DNA from: an uncultured bacterium
GTDB taxonomy: Bacteria; Zixibacteria; MSB-5A5; UBA10806
Direction: 5' to 3'
Length of the DNA stretch: 64,000 bases
Assembly: GCA_965541585.1 (NCBI GenBank)
Contig: CBEUCH010000008.1
Location: forward strand, 32,001-96,000
Below are positions 28,921 to 39,475 of the stretch, in pieces (the first letter of the stretch is position 1; every line of letters starts with the position of its first letter). The notes beneath the pieces were generated by a model. It had not been told where the DNA came from and ran no database searches. It saw only the letters and a program-made list of their open reading frames with translations. Both the position numbers and the translations under genes were made by a program.

Positions 28921-31058
28921 TGAATCTGGCCGAGTTTATAATACATGTCGAATCTTATAACGCTAATATCGATATCCCCCTGGTGCGTAGAGCCTACGAA
29001 TTTTCTGACAGAGTTCACGCCGGACAGTATCGTGAATCGGGCGATCCTTATGTCGAGCATTGTTTGAATGTAGCATTTATACTGGCTGAAATCCATATGG
29101 ACTCCGCCACCATTGCGGCAGGCCTGTTGCACGATGCTATTGAGGACGCCGGCGCCACAATCTCCGAGATCAAACTGGAGTTTGGCGAGGAGATCGCGGA
29201 TATGGTTAACGGCCTTACAAAAATGTCGGGCCTGAAATTCAAAAACGCCGCCGAACAGCAGGTTGAGTATTTCCGCAAAATGCTCTTGTCCATGGCCAAA
29301 GATGTCAGGGTAATCGTTATAAAGCTTGCCGACAGGCTCCACAATATGCGCACTCTCGGCCATCTTCCCGCACAAAAAAGAATGAGGATTGCTCTTGAGA
29401 CAAGGGAGATCTATGCTCCACTGGCTCATCGTTTCGGCATGGCCAGGATGAAATGGGAGCTGGAGGATCTTTCATTTAAGTATCTCAGCGCTGCTGAATA
29501 TATCGATATCGAGAGAGACATCCTGGAGAATCGTGAGGAGAGAGAGGCCTATATAAGTGATCTGACCGGCGCACTGGAGACGGCCATGGCATCTGCGGGG
29601 ATCAAAAGCGACGTAACGGGCAGAGCGAAACATTATTATTCGATTTTCCGGAAAATCAAGGTTCGGCGGGTGCCTTTCGATCAGATATACGATCTTCTGG
29701 CCATGAGGATCATTGTCGATACAATCACCGATTGCTATCATGCGCTGGGGATTATTCATACCATGTGGCCGCCGGTGCCGGAGAGATTTCATGATTACGT
29801 CGCTAATCCAAAATCGAACGGTTACCGATCGCTTCATACTACCGTCATCGGGCCTCGGGGAAAGATGGTTGAAATTCAGATTCGCACTCAAGCCATGCAT
29901 TACGCGGCCGAATACGGGATCGCCGCCCACTGGCTCTATAAAGAAGGGAAAAAGGACCCCGGCGAGATCGACCAGCATATGGCCTGGATTCGCGAAATCC
30001 TGGAATGGCAGGGGGAGATGACCAATCCCGAGGAGTTTCTGGAATATCTGAAGATCGATCTTTTCCCCGACGACGTTTTCGTTTACACTCCTGCGGGCGA
30101 TCTGAAACAGCTTCCAAGGGGTTCGACAGCCCTGGATTTTGCATTTTCAGTTCACTCGGATATCGGATTTCATTGTGTCGGGGCTACAATCAGCGGCAAG
30201 TTTGCGCCGTTGTCCACGGTCTTACATAGCGGCGATGAAGTTGAGATTAAGACATCATCTCACCAGAATCCGAGTTCTGACTGGCTGATGATCGTCAAAA
30301 CCACAAGGGCCAAGTCCAGGATCAAGCACTGGCTCAGGCAGAAAGGTTACGAGCAGTCAGTTTCGCTGGGAGAGGAGATGCTTGAAAGAGAGCTAAAGAA
30401 GAAAAGGATGGAGATTCCATCGGAGGCCGAGTTGCTGGATCTGGCGGCGCGTAACGGTTTCACGAACATCGAGCAAATGTATTCCGGGCTCGGTTCAGGG
30501 ACAATCTCGGTTCAAAACCTGATAAGTAAACTGGAGCCGCAACCGGAAAAAGAAGAACCATCGCTGATTCGCAGATTTATAGACCAGGCCAGGGGCGTTT
30601 CCAAAGGGATCAGGATCGGCGGTGTAGAGAATTTGATGTTTAGATTCGCCGCCTGCTGTCAGCCGGTTCCGGGGGAAAAGATTGTCGGATTCGTCACCAG
30701 GGGACGCGGACTCTCTGTTCACAGGACTGATTGTACAAATGCCGCGGCTATTTTCCAGGAACCGGAGCGAATGGTCGATGTTGAATGGGATGTTGAAAAA
30801 GGGCAATCCTTCCTGGTCAGGTTACACGCTCTGGTCGAAGACAGGAAAAACCTGCTCAAAGAAATCACGGAGGCTATCGCAGAAGCCGATGCTAATGTCA
30901 GGGGGGGCGAGATAAGTACCGGCACCTGGCCGGCAACAGGACGATTCGTTGTGGAGATACAAAATTATGGACAGTTAGCTAAAGTATTGGATAAAATAAG
31001 AAAAGTTGACGGAATTCTCTCGGCAGAGAGAGAAAGCGGAGGCGATCAGAGCCAATAG
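28920..31058 (+). CDS. relA: Bifunctional (p)ppGpp synthetase/hydrolase (long RSH)
   Basis: Intact HD motif (LLHDAIED), KLADRLHNMRT, GRAKH, EIQIRT, TGS, CC.PVPG and ACT domains. Confidence 0.96.
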   Translation: MNLAEFIIHVESYNANIDIPLVRRAYEFSDRVHAGQYRESGDPYVEHCLNVAFILAEIHMDSATIAAGLLHDAIEDAGATISEIKLEFGEEIADMVNGLTKMSGLKFKNAAEQQVEYFRKMLLSMAKDVRVIVIKLADRLHNMRTLGHLPAQKRMRIALETREIYAPLAHRFGMARMKWELEDLSFKYLSAAEYIDIERDILENREEREAYISDLTGALETAMASAGIKSDVTGRAKHYYSIFRKIKVRRVPFDQIYDLLAMRIIVDTITDCYHALGIIHTMWPPVPERFHDYVANPKSNGYRSLHTTVIGPRGKMVEIQIRTQAMHYAAEYGIAAHWLYKEGKKDPGEIDQHMAWIREILEWQGEMTNPEEFLEYLKIDLFPDDVFVYTPAGDLKQLPRGSTALDFAFSVHSDIGFHCVGATISGKFAPLSTVLHSGDEVEIKTSSHQNPSSDWLMIVKTTRAKSRIKHWLRQKGYEQSVSLGEEMLERELKKKRMEIPSEAELLDLAARNGFTNIEQMYSGLGSGTISVQNLISKLEPQPEKEEPSLIRRFIDQARGVSKGIRIGGVENLMFRFAACCQPVPGEKIVGFVTRGRGLSVHRTDCTNAAAIFQEPERMVDVEWDVEKGQSFLVRLHALVEDRKNLLKEITEAIAEADANVRGGEISTGTWPATGRFVVEIQNYGQLAKVLDKIRKVDGILSAERESGGDQSQ

Positions 31059-31061
31059 GTA

Positions 31062-31757
31062 TTGGAGATAATGGCGGGCGATCCAATTTGCATGTTCGAC
31101 GAATTTTCGTCTTTCGGATACACGGCCGGAATGGTCTTGAAAGGGCGATGGAAAAATCAAGACGAAGTCAATAATCATATTGGCAGAGATCTCCTCGGCA
31201 ATAACATCAGGATGATATCGCCGTTGCAGACTCATAGCTCCAGAATAGCAACTATTGGAAAAGAGCATACCTCTCAAAACCTCTCTGCGGATGGGGCGAT
31301 CAGCAATTCGAAAGATGTTTGTCTGACCTTACGTTCCGCTGACTGCATTCCGATGTTGACGGTTGAGCCATCGACAGGCTTTTTCGGCGCATTGCATATA
31401 GGCTGGCGCGGACTTATAGGCGGGATAGTGGAGGAACTGTTTAACCTATCCGGACATTCCAGGTTGAATCCCGAGGACATGCATTTCTACCTGGGACCGT
31501 CGATTGGGAGTTGCTGTTTTGAAATAGGCCATGAGCTTGCCGCCATGTTTGACGATCCTTTCATAACAACAAGGGATGGCGGGTTTTTCGTCGATTTGCA
31601 GAAGTCCTTGATGAACAAACTGATTTCTCATGGCGTAAGAGAATCGAATATCAGTGGATCGCCCGATTGCACAAGCTGCCTTTCGGATAGATATTATTCC
31701 TATCGCCGGGACGGCAGCGCGCCGATCCAGATGGTTAGTTTTATCTTTAAGTCGTGA
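31062..31757 (+). CDS. pgeF: PgeF/YfiH family protein
   Basis: QTHS, ADC.P, H.GWRG, GPSIG.CCFE, CTSC..YSYRR. Confidence 0.88.
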   Translation: MEIMAGDPICMFDEFSSFGYTAGMVLKGRWKNQDEVNNHIGRDLLGNNIRMISPLQTHSSRIATIGKEHTSQNLSADGAISNSKDVCLTLRSADCIPMLTVEPSTGFFGALHIGWRGLIGGIVEELFNLSGHSRLNPEDMHFYLGPSIGSCCFEIGHELAAMFDDPFITTRDGGFFVDLQKSLMNKLISHGVRESNISGSPDCTSCLSDRYYSYRRDGSAPIQMVSFIFKS

Positions 31758-31781
31758 CAATAAATCGTTGGAGGTGGGATT

Positions 31782-32378
31782 TTGAAAAAAGTAATGCTTG
31801 TCGTGGCGTTAGTCCTGGCGGGGGTAAAGACTTCCTTCGGGCTTTCCGGACTTGGGCTGGGTATCCACGGAGGCCTGGTTTCCGGTTATGATAATCCGGT
31901 TCTCGAGGACAGTGTCTTATCGCAGTTTGCAAGCTTCGATATGTCGGAAGAGATGACCGATATCGGGGCGCATCTGAATATCGGTACTTTCAGGATCATC
32001 GAATTCGATATAAATATCGATTACGCCTGGAAAAAGCAGGAGATATTATCGGGTATCGATCTGAGATTCTCCGATTTTTCAATATCGGCCTCGATTAGAA
32101 AATCGATTGCGCTGTCTGCGCTTAAGCCATATATAGGCGTCGGCGTGGGCCAGCACTGGGTGGCGTATTCGATTGAGCTCGGCGATCAGGTAATCGGTGT
32201 AGTGTTACCGAAGGATGAAAGCAAAATCGGTTATCATTTTAAGGCTGGAGTCGATCTGGATTTTCCGGTGTTTCCTTTGACCCCGTACGGCGAATGGAGG
32301 TATAATATCATCAAAACGGCGGGAGAATCGACGAAGTATACGGCCATACTGGTCGGCCTGACTCTGGATCTGCCGTAG
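31782..32378 (+). CDS. Outer-membrane beta-barrel protein
   Basis: Signal peptide, PYIGVGVG, amphipathic strands. Confidence 0.7.
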   Translation: MKKVMLVVALVLAGVKTSFGLSGLGLGIHGGLVSGYDNPVLEDSVLSQFASFDMSEEMTDIGAHLNIGTFRIIEFDINIDYAWKKQEILSGIDLRFSDFSISASIRKSIALSALKPYIGVGVGQHWVAYSIELGDQVIGVVLPKDESKIGYHFKAGVDLDFPVFPLTPYGEWRYNIIKTAGESTKYTAILVGLTLDLP

Positions 32379-32391
32379 CGAGGAGGAGAAA

Positions 32392-33012
32392 TTGAATAGA
32401 ATAGTAGTTTCATTATTATTGGTAGCGTCGGTGGCGTCCGGCGCGACGGCGCAATACGCTGCGCAATTGTCCACCGCCGGGACGGTGCTCAAAGGCAGCG
32501 CCGCGGGCGGAGGTTTCGTCGGTATATATGATGGAGCGTTCGGGGTCTCAGGTCAATACCGATATGGCATCGGCGGATACTCCGATATTGGCGGCAAGTT
32601 GGGGATCATAGATCTTGACTCTAATTCGGAAGAGGGCGACCTGGGTTTATTTATTGCAATCGATTCCAAATACCAGGTTATGGAAGTGCGGATTATGGAT
32701 CCGATTGATCTGTCGCTTGGCGGCGCCCTTGAACTTGCCCTTTTCGACCACGCTAACAATTTTATCATCGGCGGATTTGTGGTGGGTTCCTATCCCGTCA
32801 CCCTCAAGAATGGACGAGTCTTATCGCCTTACGGGCGATTGATAATGGGATTTAACAGGGCCGATTCGAGGTGGGCATCCGATACCGAATTCGATCTGGG
32901 CCTCAATATGGGTGTTACCATGGAGCTATCGTCATCGACAAACGCTCTGGCTGAATTTCAGATTGACGATAATACAGCTGCATTTCTTATGGGTCTCGAA
33001 TTCGGGCTGTAA
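32392..33012 (+). CDS. Outer-membrane beta-barrel protein
   Basis: Signal peptide, amphipathic strands, C-terminal GLEF. Confidence 0.6.
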   Translation: MNRIVVSLLLVASVASGATAQYAAQLSTAGTVLKGSAAGGGFVGIYDGAFGVSGQYRYGIGGYSDIGGKLGIIDLDSNSEEGDLGLFIAIDSKYQVMEVRIMDPIDLSLGGALELALFDHANNFIIGGFVVGSYPVTLKNGRVLSPYGRLIMGFNRADSRWASDTEFDLGLNMGVTMELSSSTNALAEFQIDDNTAAFLMGLEFGL

Positions 33013-33015
33013 TAC

Positions 33016-33816
33016 TTGGGCTTAGTCGAGAGCACAGTCCTTGGCCTGATTCAGGGGCTGACAGAATTTCTGCCCATTTCCTCGTCAGGGCACCTCGTAA
33101 TTTTCGAAAAACTTTTCCATATAGAAGCGGATGATCTCGTTTTCGAGATTTTTGTCCATCTGGGAACCCTGATGGCCGTGTTGTTTTACTTCAAAGAGAG
33201 AATATTCGCTATTTCAGGTTCCATTGCCAGATCGTTTTTTCCTACCCGAAAACTGGAAAGCGATAAAGCCAACATGAGACTTTTTTGGTATCTGATCCTG
33301 GGAACCGTCCCGGCCGGCCTTATAGGTCTTTTATTTGAGGATTATATTGAGCTGGCGTTCGCATCACCGCGATGGTCGTCGGGCATGCTGCTGGTCACAG
33401 CTGCGATTCTCCTCTCCACGAGATGGGCGGCGGGGGAAGATCGCAAATTAGACACGCGCCGGACCATAATAATTGGAATTGCCCAGGCCCTTGCCATCAT
33501 GCCGGGCATATCGCGATCGGGAAGCACCATCTCCGCCGGAATGTTCTTGAGAATGAAAAAGTCCGAGGCTGCCGAATTTTCATTTTTACTTTCAATTCCG
33601 GCCATAGCCGGAGCTACTATTCTGCAGATTCCGCAATTCGCCAGAGATATTACAAACGCCGATCTTATGATTAATTATTTTGTTGGAGCTGTCACGGCGG
33701 CAATTATCGGCTATATATCCATTACCTATCTGATGAAAATCTTAAAGAAAGGTAAATTCTTCTATTTCGGTTTGTATTGCGCCGTGGTTGGTTTTTTGGG
33801 TATCTTGCTTCTGTGA
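33016..33816 (+). CDS. uppP: Undecaprenyl-diphosphatase
   Basis: QGLTEFLPISSSGHL, PGISRSGSTI, FSFLLSIP. Confidence 0.97.
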   Translation: MGLVESTVLGLIQGLTEFLPISSSGHLVIFEKLFHIEADDLVFEIFVHLGTLMAVLFYFKERIFAISGSIARSFFPTRKLESDKANMRLFWYLILGTVPAGLIGLLFEDYIELAFASPRWSSGMLLVTAAILLSTRWAAGEDRKLDTRRTIIIGIAQALAIMPGISRSGSTISAGMFLRMKKSEAAEFSFLLSIPAIAGATILQIPQFARDITNADLMINYFVGAVTAAIIGYISITYLMKILKKGKFFYFGLYCAVVGFLGILLL

Positions 33817-34817
33817 ATCCCCCGAAAAAAATCCTGATTTTTCGCAAAAGCTCCCTGGGTGACGTAATCATGACTCTGCCAGTAGTCCGGGCGTTAAAAG
33901 ACCATTTTCCCGGGGCGCAGATTGATTATTTGACCAGATCGCAGTATGCTCCGATAGTCGAATATAACCTCGCCATCGATAATGTGATAACCTTCCACGA
34001 CAACTCATCCTTTATAAGAACAGCACGAGGCTTGCGTCCTGAAAAGTATGATCTTCTAATCGATTTGCAGGCGAATTTTCAATCACTTATTATTGCCGCT
34101 TCATTGTTTCCGGTACGCGCCATGAGCTATAAGAAACGTCGTCTTGCCAGAGAGTTGATTGTCAGGCGTCCGCAGCAGAAATTGAGAGTGGATCATACAA
34201 TAGACGCCTATTTCGGAACCCTTCGCCGTCTGGGTATTGATATTCAGCCGTCGCCCCCGGCCATGACCATTCCGGCAGAGCTAATCGAATACGCCGATAG
34301 CTTTATTTCAAAAATGTTGCCCTCTGATTGCAAGATGATAGTGGCACTCTGCCCGGGTGCCAGGTATTACGAAAAAAGATGGCCGTATGACAATTTTCGC
34401 GGTGTGGCGGAGCGTTTGCTGGATGATCCTGCCATCGGCATTCTCGTAATCTCGTCGGGAAGCGACGATCTCCCGGCGGGCCTCGAATTGAATCACCATA
34501 GGGTGGTGCCAGTTAGAGATTTCGAGATTCTCAAGGTGGGGGCATTGCTTTCAAGATGCCGGGTGGCGGTCACCAACGACTCGGGGATCATGCACCTGTC
34601 CTGTGCCTCCGGAACCCCGGTACTGGCCCTTTTCGGCCCCACCAGCCCACGCCTGGGATTCTCCCCGACGCTGGCCGGTTCGAAGGTTTTATGCGATGAT
34701 GTCTTCTGCTGTCCCTGCAGCGTTCACGGAAAAAAAAGATGCCGTCAGGCGGAAAAATATTGCTTCAAGGAAATCACGCTGGAGAGGGTTTATAGCGAAT
34801 TGCAGGAGATGATCTGA
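33813..34817 (+). CDS. Glycosyltransferase family 9 (WaaF-like)
   Basis: SSLGDVI, PGA...KRWP, TNDSG.MH, FGPT, C.PCS.HG..C. Confidence 0.88.
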   Translation: MNPPKKILIFRKSSLGDVIMTLPVVRALKDHFPGAQIDYLTRSQYAPIVEYNLAIDNVITFHDNSSFIRTARGLRPEKYDLLIDLQANFQSLIIAASLFPVRAMSYKKRRLARELIVRRPQQKLRVDHTIDAYFGTLRRLGIDIQPSPPAMTIPAELIEYADSFISKMLPSDCKMIVALCPGARYYEKRWPYDNFRGVAERLLDDPAIGILVISSGSDDLPAGLELNHHRVVPVRDFEILKVGALLSRCRVAVTNDSGIMHLSCASGTPVLALFGPTSPRLGFSPTLAGSKVLCDDVFCCPCSVHGKKRCRQAEKYCFKEITLERVYSELQEMI

Positions 34818-34923
34818 GTTCCCTCCTCGTTTGAAGTCGCTTAAGGCCATCTATCCAGGCTCTTTAGCCTTCATATCATATACGAATTGCGTTTTCGGTG
34901 TCATGACAATATCTTACTCTTCT

Positions 34924-35916
34924 ATGGAGAATATCGAAGCCAGATACTATGATAAGCTGGAAGAGAGTAAAACCAGATGCCGGCTCTGCCCGGCCAATTG
35001 TATTATCAGACCTTCGAAGCAGGGGATATGCATGGTCCGCGGCAACATCGACGGTACTCTTTACGCTTCGGAATACGGTAAGACGGTGGCTTTTAATATC
35101 GACCCCATTGAAAAGAAGCCACTCTATCATTTCATGCCCGGCAAAGACATACTCTCCATTGGTCCTAATGGGTGCAATTTCTCATGCGCCTTCTGTCAGA
35201 ACTGGAGTATATCGCAGGAGAAAAGCCATACCAAATATATCTCGCCCTCGGAATTGGTCAAACTCGCAGGCAAAGACGGGTCGATCGGCGTGGCATATAC
35301 GTATACAGAGCCTCTGGTATGGTTTGAATACGTTTACGACTCCGCAAAGCTTCTGAAGGAGGCCGGATTTTGCACGGTTATCGTCTCCAATGGATACATC
35401 AACGAGGAACCGGCCAGAGAGCTTTTCAAATATATCGATGCGGCGAATTTCGACCTGAAGTCGATCCGGCCCGATTTTTATAGAAAGCTGTGTAAAGGCA
35501 AGCTGGATGACGTCCAGAGGACAATCGGAATGGCGGCGGAAATGGGCCTTCATGTGGAGATCACGAATCTTCTGATTCCCGGAAAGAACGATTCCGACGA
35601 TGATATCAGGGGGCTTATCGATTGGATTTACGATTTCAATCCATCGACGGTTTTGCATATTTCCCGATATTTTCCCCATTATAAAATGGATACGCCTTCC
35701 ACAGCGTCGGAACGAGTTGCCTTTGCCTACGAGGCCGCGAAAGCTAAATTGAAATATGTTTATACAGGTAATATAACGGGTGTCGGCGATCCCGATACAA
35801 TCTGCTCGTCATGCAAAGCCACCTTGATCGAGCGAGACTTCTACAATGTCAGGGTTATCGGCCTGGATGGCCGTAAGTGCTCGAAATGTGGCGCCGATAC
35901 CGATATTGTGGTATGA
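34924..35916 (+). CDS. amrS: AmmeMemoRadiSam-type radical SAM enzyme (second paralog, no Tat peptide)
   Basis: CRLCPANC, DPIEKKPLYHF, CNFSCAFCQNW, YTYTEP, HISRYFP; start taken at ATG 34924. Confidence 0.9.
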   Translation: MENIEARYYDKLEESKTRCRLCPANCIIRPSKQGICMVRGNIDGTLYASEYGKTVAFNIDPIEKKPLYHFMPGKDILSIGPNGCNFSCAFCQNWSISQEKSHTKYISPSELVKLAGKDGSIGVAYTYTEPLVWFEYVYDSAKLLKEAGFCTVIVSNGYINEEPARELFKYIDAANFDLKSIRPDFYRKLCKGKLDDVQRTIGMAAEMGLHVEITNLLIPGKNDSDDDIRGLIDWIYDFNPSTVLHISRYFPHYKMDTPSTASERVAFAYEAAKAKLKYVYTGNITGVGDPDTICSSCKATLIERDFYNVRVIGLDGRKCSKCGADTDIVV

Positions 35917-35934
35917 ACTAAAAGAGGGGAAAAG

Positions 35935-37149
35935 ATGCGGGTTAAAAGCGATTTATCAGCGTGGAGGATGTCGAAAAGGGGAACTGAAGTCCAGGCCTCA
36001 CCTATAAGAAAGCTTGTGCCGTATGCGGAGGAGGCAAAGAAGAGAGGCGTCAGCGTATATCATCTGAACATAGGCCAGCCTGATATAGAAACACCCCCGG
36101 AATTCTGGGATGCCATCAAGGACTATCCGCAAAAGGTCCTGGCCTACGGACATTCCCAGGGTCTGTCTTCGTATTTAGCGGCGCTTTCCGGATACTATAT
36201 GCGATACGGACTCGATATCCAACCCGATCATATTGTTATTACAACCGGTGGCTCGGAAGCATTGGTATTCGCTTTTCTGCTGGTAGCGGAGCCGGGTGAG
36301 AAAATCCTCGTATTCGAGCCGTTCTATACCAACTATAATGGCTTTGCTACCATGGCCGGGGTGGAGCTGGTGCCGCTGGAGACGAAAGCTGAAAATGGAT
36401 TCCACCTGCCGCCCCGTGATATCATTGAAAAGAAAATCGATTCCGACGTGCGAGGCATAATAATCTGCAGCCCGAATAATCCGACCGGGACTCTGTTTAC
36501 CAGGGCAGAGATCGAAATGGTTGCGGAAATCGCCCGGGAGCGCGGATTATACGTGCTATCCGATGAGGTCTACAGGGAATTGGTCTATGAGGGAGAGCAT
36601 ACCTCGATTTTTGATATTCCCGACGTTGATGAATTTGCCATTATGCTGGACTCCATAAGCAAACGGTTTTCAGCCTGCGGTGCGCGAATAGGCAACCTCG
36701 TAACTAAAAACAAAAAATTGCATGAGGCAGCGGTCAAATTCGGACAAGCCCGCTTGTGCTCACCCACCCTCGAGCAGGTCGGCGCAGAGGCAGCCCTGAG
36801 GCTCGGGCCGGAATATTTCGAGAACTTAATGGCGGAGTATAAGAGGAGAAGGGACGTGGTTTATGAAGGGCTGATGCAGATCGAAGGTACAGTCTGCCTG
36901 AAACCGGCGGGAGCGTTTTATGCGATGGCGAAACTCCCTGTCTCCGATGCGGAAGAGTTTGCGAAATTTATGCTGACCGAATTCTCTATCGATAATAAAA
37001 CTGTGATGGTTGCCCCCGGGCCCGGTTTCTACGCTACATCCGGCAGGGGGGTGGATGAGTGTCGCATCGCTTATGTACTGAATATAAAATCTCTTAAAGA
37101 TGCTATGAGAATTCTGAAATTGGGCGTGGAGGCTTTCAACACCAGATGA
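35935..37149 (+). CDS. PLP-dependent class I/II aminotransferase (aspartate aminotransferase-like)
   Basis: LNIGQPD, PNNPTG, DEVY, SISKRFS.CG.RIG. Confidence 0.92.
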   Translation: MRVKSDLSAWRMSKRGTEVQASPIRKLVPYAEEAKKRGVSVYHLNIGQPDIETPPEFWDAIKDYPQKVLAYGHSQGLSSYLAALSGYYMRYGLDIQPDHIVITTGGSEALVFAFLLVAEPGEKILVFEPFYTNYNGFATMAGVELVPLETKAENGFHLPPRDIIEKKIDSDVRGIIICSPNNPTGTLFTRAEIEMVAEIARERGLYVLSDEVYRELVYEGEHTSIFDIPDVDEFAIMLDSISKRFSACGARIGNLVTKNKKLHEAAVKFGQARLCSPTLEQVGAEAALRLGPEYFENLMAEYKRRRDVVYEGLMQIEGTVCLKPAGAFYAMAKLPVSDAEEFAKFMLTEFSIDNKTVMVAPGPGFYATSGRGVDECRIAYVLNIKSLKDAMRILKLGVEAFNTR

Positions 37150-38102
37150 GGAAATGCTACGGCGGCATAGATCTCGGCGGGACTTTTATCAAGGCCGGTC
37201 TTTTATCGCTCGACGGTCGACCCATAGCCAGATTTAAGATTCCCACGGAGGTCGATTCGGGGGTGGCCGCGGTCGAGGCTAACCTGCTGCAAGCGGGCCG
37301 GAGGCTTTGCCGTCTGGCCAGCAAGCGTAAATTGCAGCTTGCCGGAATCGGTGTCGGTTCGCCGGGCACGGTTAAGTACCCTGAGGGCATAATAACCGGA
37401 TCGTCTCCGAATATCCCCGGCTGGGTGGGAACCAATATACGAAATCTCTTTTCGGGATTTCCTGTACCTGTCAGCGGCGATAATGACGCTAACTGCATGG
37501 GCCTTGCGGAATCGATGTTCGGTGCGGGCAAAGGTACGGATTCGGGATTTTATTTGACTATAGGCACCGGCATAGGCGGGGCCCTGGTAGTTGATGGCTC
37601 GCTGGTCAGGGGAGCCAGTTTCGCCGCCGGGGAATATGGGCATACTATTTTTAAATACGGCGGGATCAAATATAAGACGGGACAGCGCGGGCCACTGGAG
37701 GCCTATGTCGCCGCCCCGGCTTTGATCAGGCAGACAAAAAAAGCTGTCAGGAGAAGAAAAAATTCCATCCTCAGGAAAAAACTCGATTCCCTCACTCCCG
37801 AAGACATCTTCGAAGCCTTCAAGTCCGGTGACAGGGCCGCTGTCGAATCGGTATCGGGGAATGCAGAGATGATAGGAATAGCCATTGGATCGGTAGTCAA
37901 CTTGCTCAACCCCGAGGTCGTCGTCATCGGCGGCGGCATATCAAAGGGCGGCACTAAATATATAGAGCTAATCCGGAAAGCAGTGAAATCGTTTGCTTTC
38001 GATTCGGCAACTTCGAGTCTGAAAATAAAAGTTGCCAGGTTCGGTAATGATGCCGGATGGATCGGCGCCGCCTGCCTTTATATGCTGGAAGACGGCGATT
38101 GA
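37146..38102 (+). CDS. ROK family sugar kinase
   Basis: GIDLGGT, NDAN, TIGTGIGG, GEYGH, VIGGG. Confidence 0.9.
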   Translation: MRKCYGGIDLGGTFIKAGLLSLDGRPIARFKIPTEVDSGVAAVEANLLQAGRRLCRLASKRKLQLAGIGVGSPGTVKYPEGIITGSSPNIPGWVGTNIRNLFSGFPVPVSGDNDANCMGLAESMFGAGKGTDSGFYLTIGTGIGGALVVDGSLVRGASFAAGEYGHTIFKYGGIKYKTGQRGPLEAYVAAPALIRQTKKAVRRRKNSILRKKLDSLTPEDIFEAFKSGDRAAVESVSGNAEMIGIAIGSVVNLLNPEVVVIGGGISKGGTKYIELIRKAVKSFAFDSATSSLKIKVARFGNDAGWIGAACLYMLEDGD

Positions 38103-39475
38103 AGCGGCCAGGCGGCGAAAAATGGTGGATCTTATCGGTGGCGGCCGCCGGTGTGCTCCTGGCCACCATCGATGCTTCTATCGTTAATATCGCTCTGCCT
38201 ACAATCAGCGACTATTTTCAAACATCGGTTCAAACCACCGCCTGGGTTACCATCAGCTATCTTCTCGTAGTCACCGCATTCCTTCTGGTCTTCGGCCGGC
38301 TTTCGGATGTATACGGGCAGAAGCTGGTTTTCATTTCAGGTATGATCGTCTTTACGATCGGCTCAGGACTCTGCGTCCTGTCGGCCAGTATAGGGCAACT
38401 GATCGCTTTTCGTGCCTTCCAGGGACTCGGCGCGGCTATGATCATGTCGAACACGCCCGCAATAGTAACCAACGCCTTTCCTGCTGAGCAAAGGGGCACC
38501 GGGCTGGGCGCTATCGGTTCGGTGGTCTCGGTTGGTCTTATGCTCGGCCCTCCTCTGGGGGGAATGCTGATCCATTATTTTGGATGGCATTACATTTTTG
38601 CGGTCAATCTGCCGGTTGGTATATTGGGTACCATCTTTTCACTGAAAATACTAAAAGAACATCGGGCCGATTCATCAGGCAAGCCATTTCATCCGATCGA
38701 TCCTATTCTCTGGATCTTGAGCGTAACCTCTTTTGTATTGATTTTCGGTATAGGCGGGAATTCGGGGCTCGATTACGGTCGGACGACTATCTATCTGGTT
38801 ATAACGGTCGCTCTGGTTATTCTGTTTTTAAAAAGGCAATGGAGAAGTGAGCAGCCGCTTTTAGATCCTGTTCTACTAAAAAACAGAATATTCATGCTGT
38901 CATCGGGCGCTGGCTTTTTCTCATATATGGGAATAATAGGTCTCAGTTTTATGCTGCCTTTCTTCCTGGAGAAGTCTGTCGGGATGTCGCCTCTGCAGAC
39001 AGGCAAAGTTTTGATGGCAATACCGGCTACGACCGTGTTCATTTCCCCTCTGGCAGGTTATCTTTCGGATAAACTCGGTCAGCGCCCGATATCCACCGTC
39101 GGGCTATTCGTTTCCACGATATCAATGTTGTTTATGTCAACGTTGACCAACGATTCCTCCACCTTGCGCCTGGTGGCAAATCTCATTGGTCTGGGCTTGG
39201 GACTGGGGTTGTTCGGATCTCCCAATAATTCAGCTTTAATGGGATCTGTCGATCATAAGAATAGGGGCTCGGCCGGGGGCATCCTGGCTACGGTTAGAAA
39301 CCTGGGAATGGTTTCCGGAATCAGTATCGTAAGCCTCGTTTTCAATTCGGCCCTTGGGAGGCAACTGGTCGGTGATACGTTAAAGTACTCTGTTGCCTTT
39401 AAGGCGGCTTTGCCGGTCGCGGTAGCGTTCTCGGTTGCGGCGATAATTTTGTCCGGTTTGAGGAGGTCGGTCTGA
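38099..39475 (+). CDS. MFS transporter, DHA2 (EmrB/QacA) type
   Basis: D.SIVNIALP, GRLSD.YG.K, RAFQG.GAA, about 14 TM; TTG start overlapping the upstream stop. Confidence 0.9.
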   Translation: MKRPGGEKWWILSVAAAGVLLATIDASIVNIALPTISDYFQTSVQTTAWVTISYLLVVTAFLLVFGRLSDVYGQKLVFISGMIVFTIGSGLCVLSASIGQLIAFRAFQGLGAAMIMSNTPAIVTNAFPAEQRGTGLGAIGSVVSVGLMLGPPLGGMLIHYFGWHYIFAVNLPVGILGTIFSLKILKEHRADSSGKPFHPIDPILWILSVTSFVLIFGIGGNSGLDYGRTTIYLVITVALVILFLKRQWRSEQPLLDPVLLKNRIFMLSSGAGFFSYMGIIGLSFMLPFFLEKSVGMSPLQTGKVLMAIPATTVFISPLAGYLSDKLGQRPISTVGLFVSTISMLFMSTLTNDSSTLRLVANLIGLGLGLGLFGSPNNSALMGSVDHKNRGSAGGILATVRNLGMVSGISIVSLVFNSALGRQLVGDTLKYSVAFKAALPVAVAFSVAAIILSGLRRSV

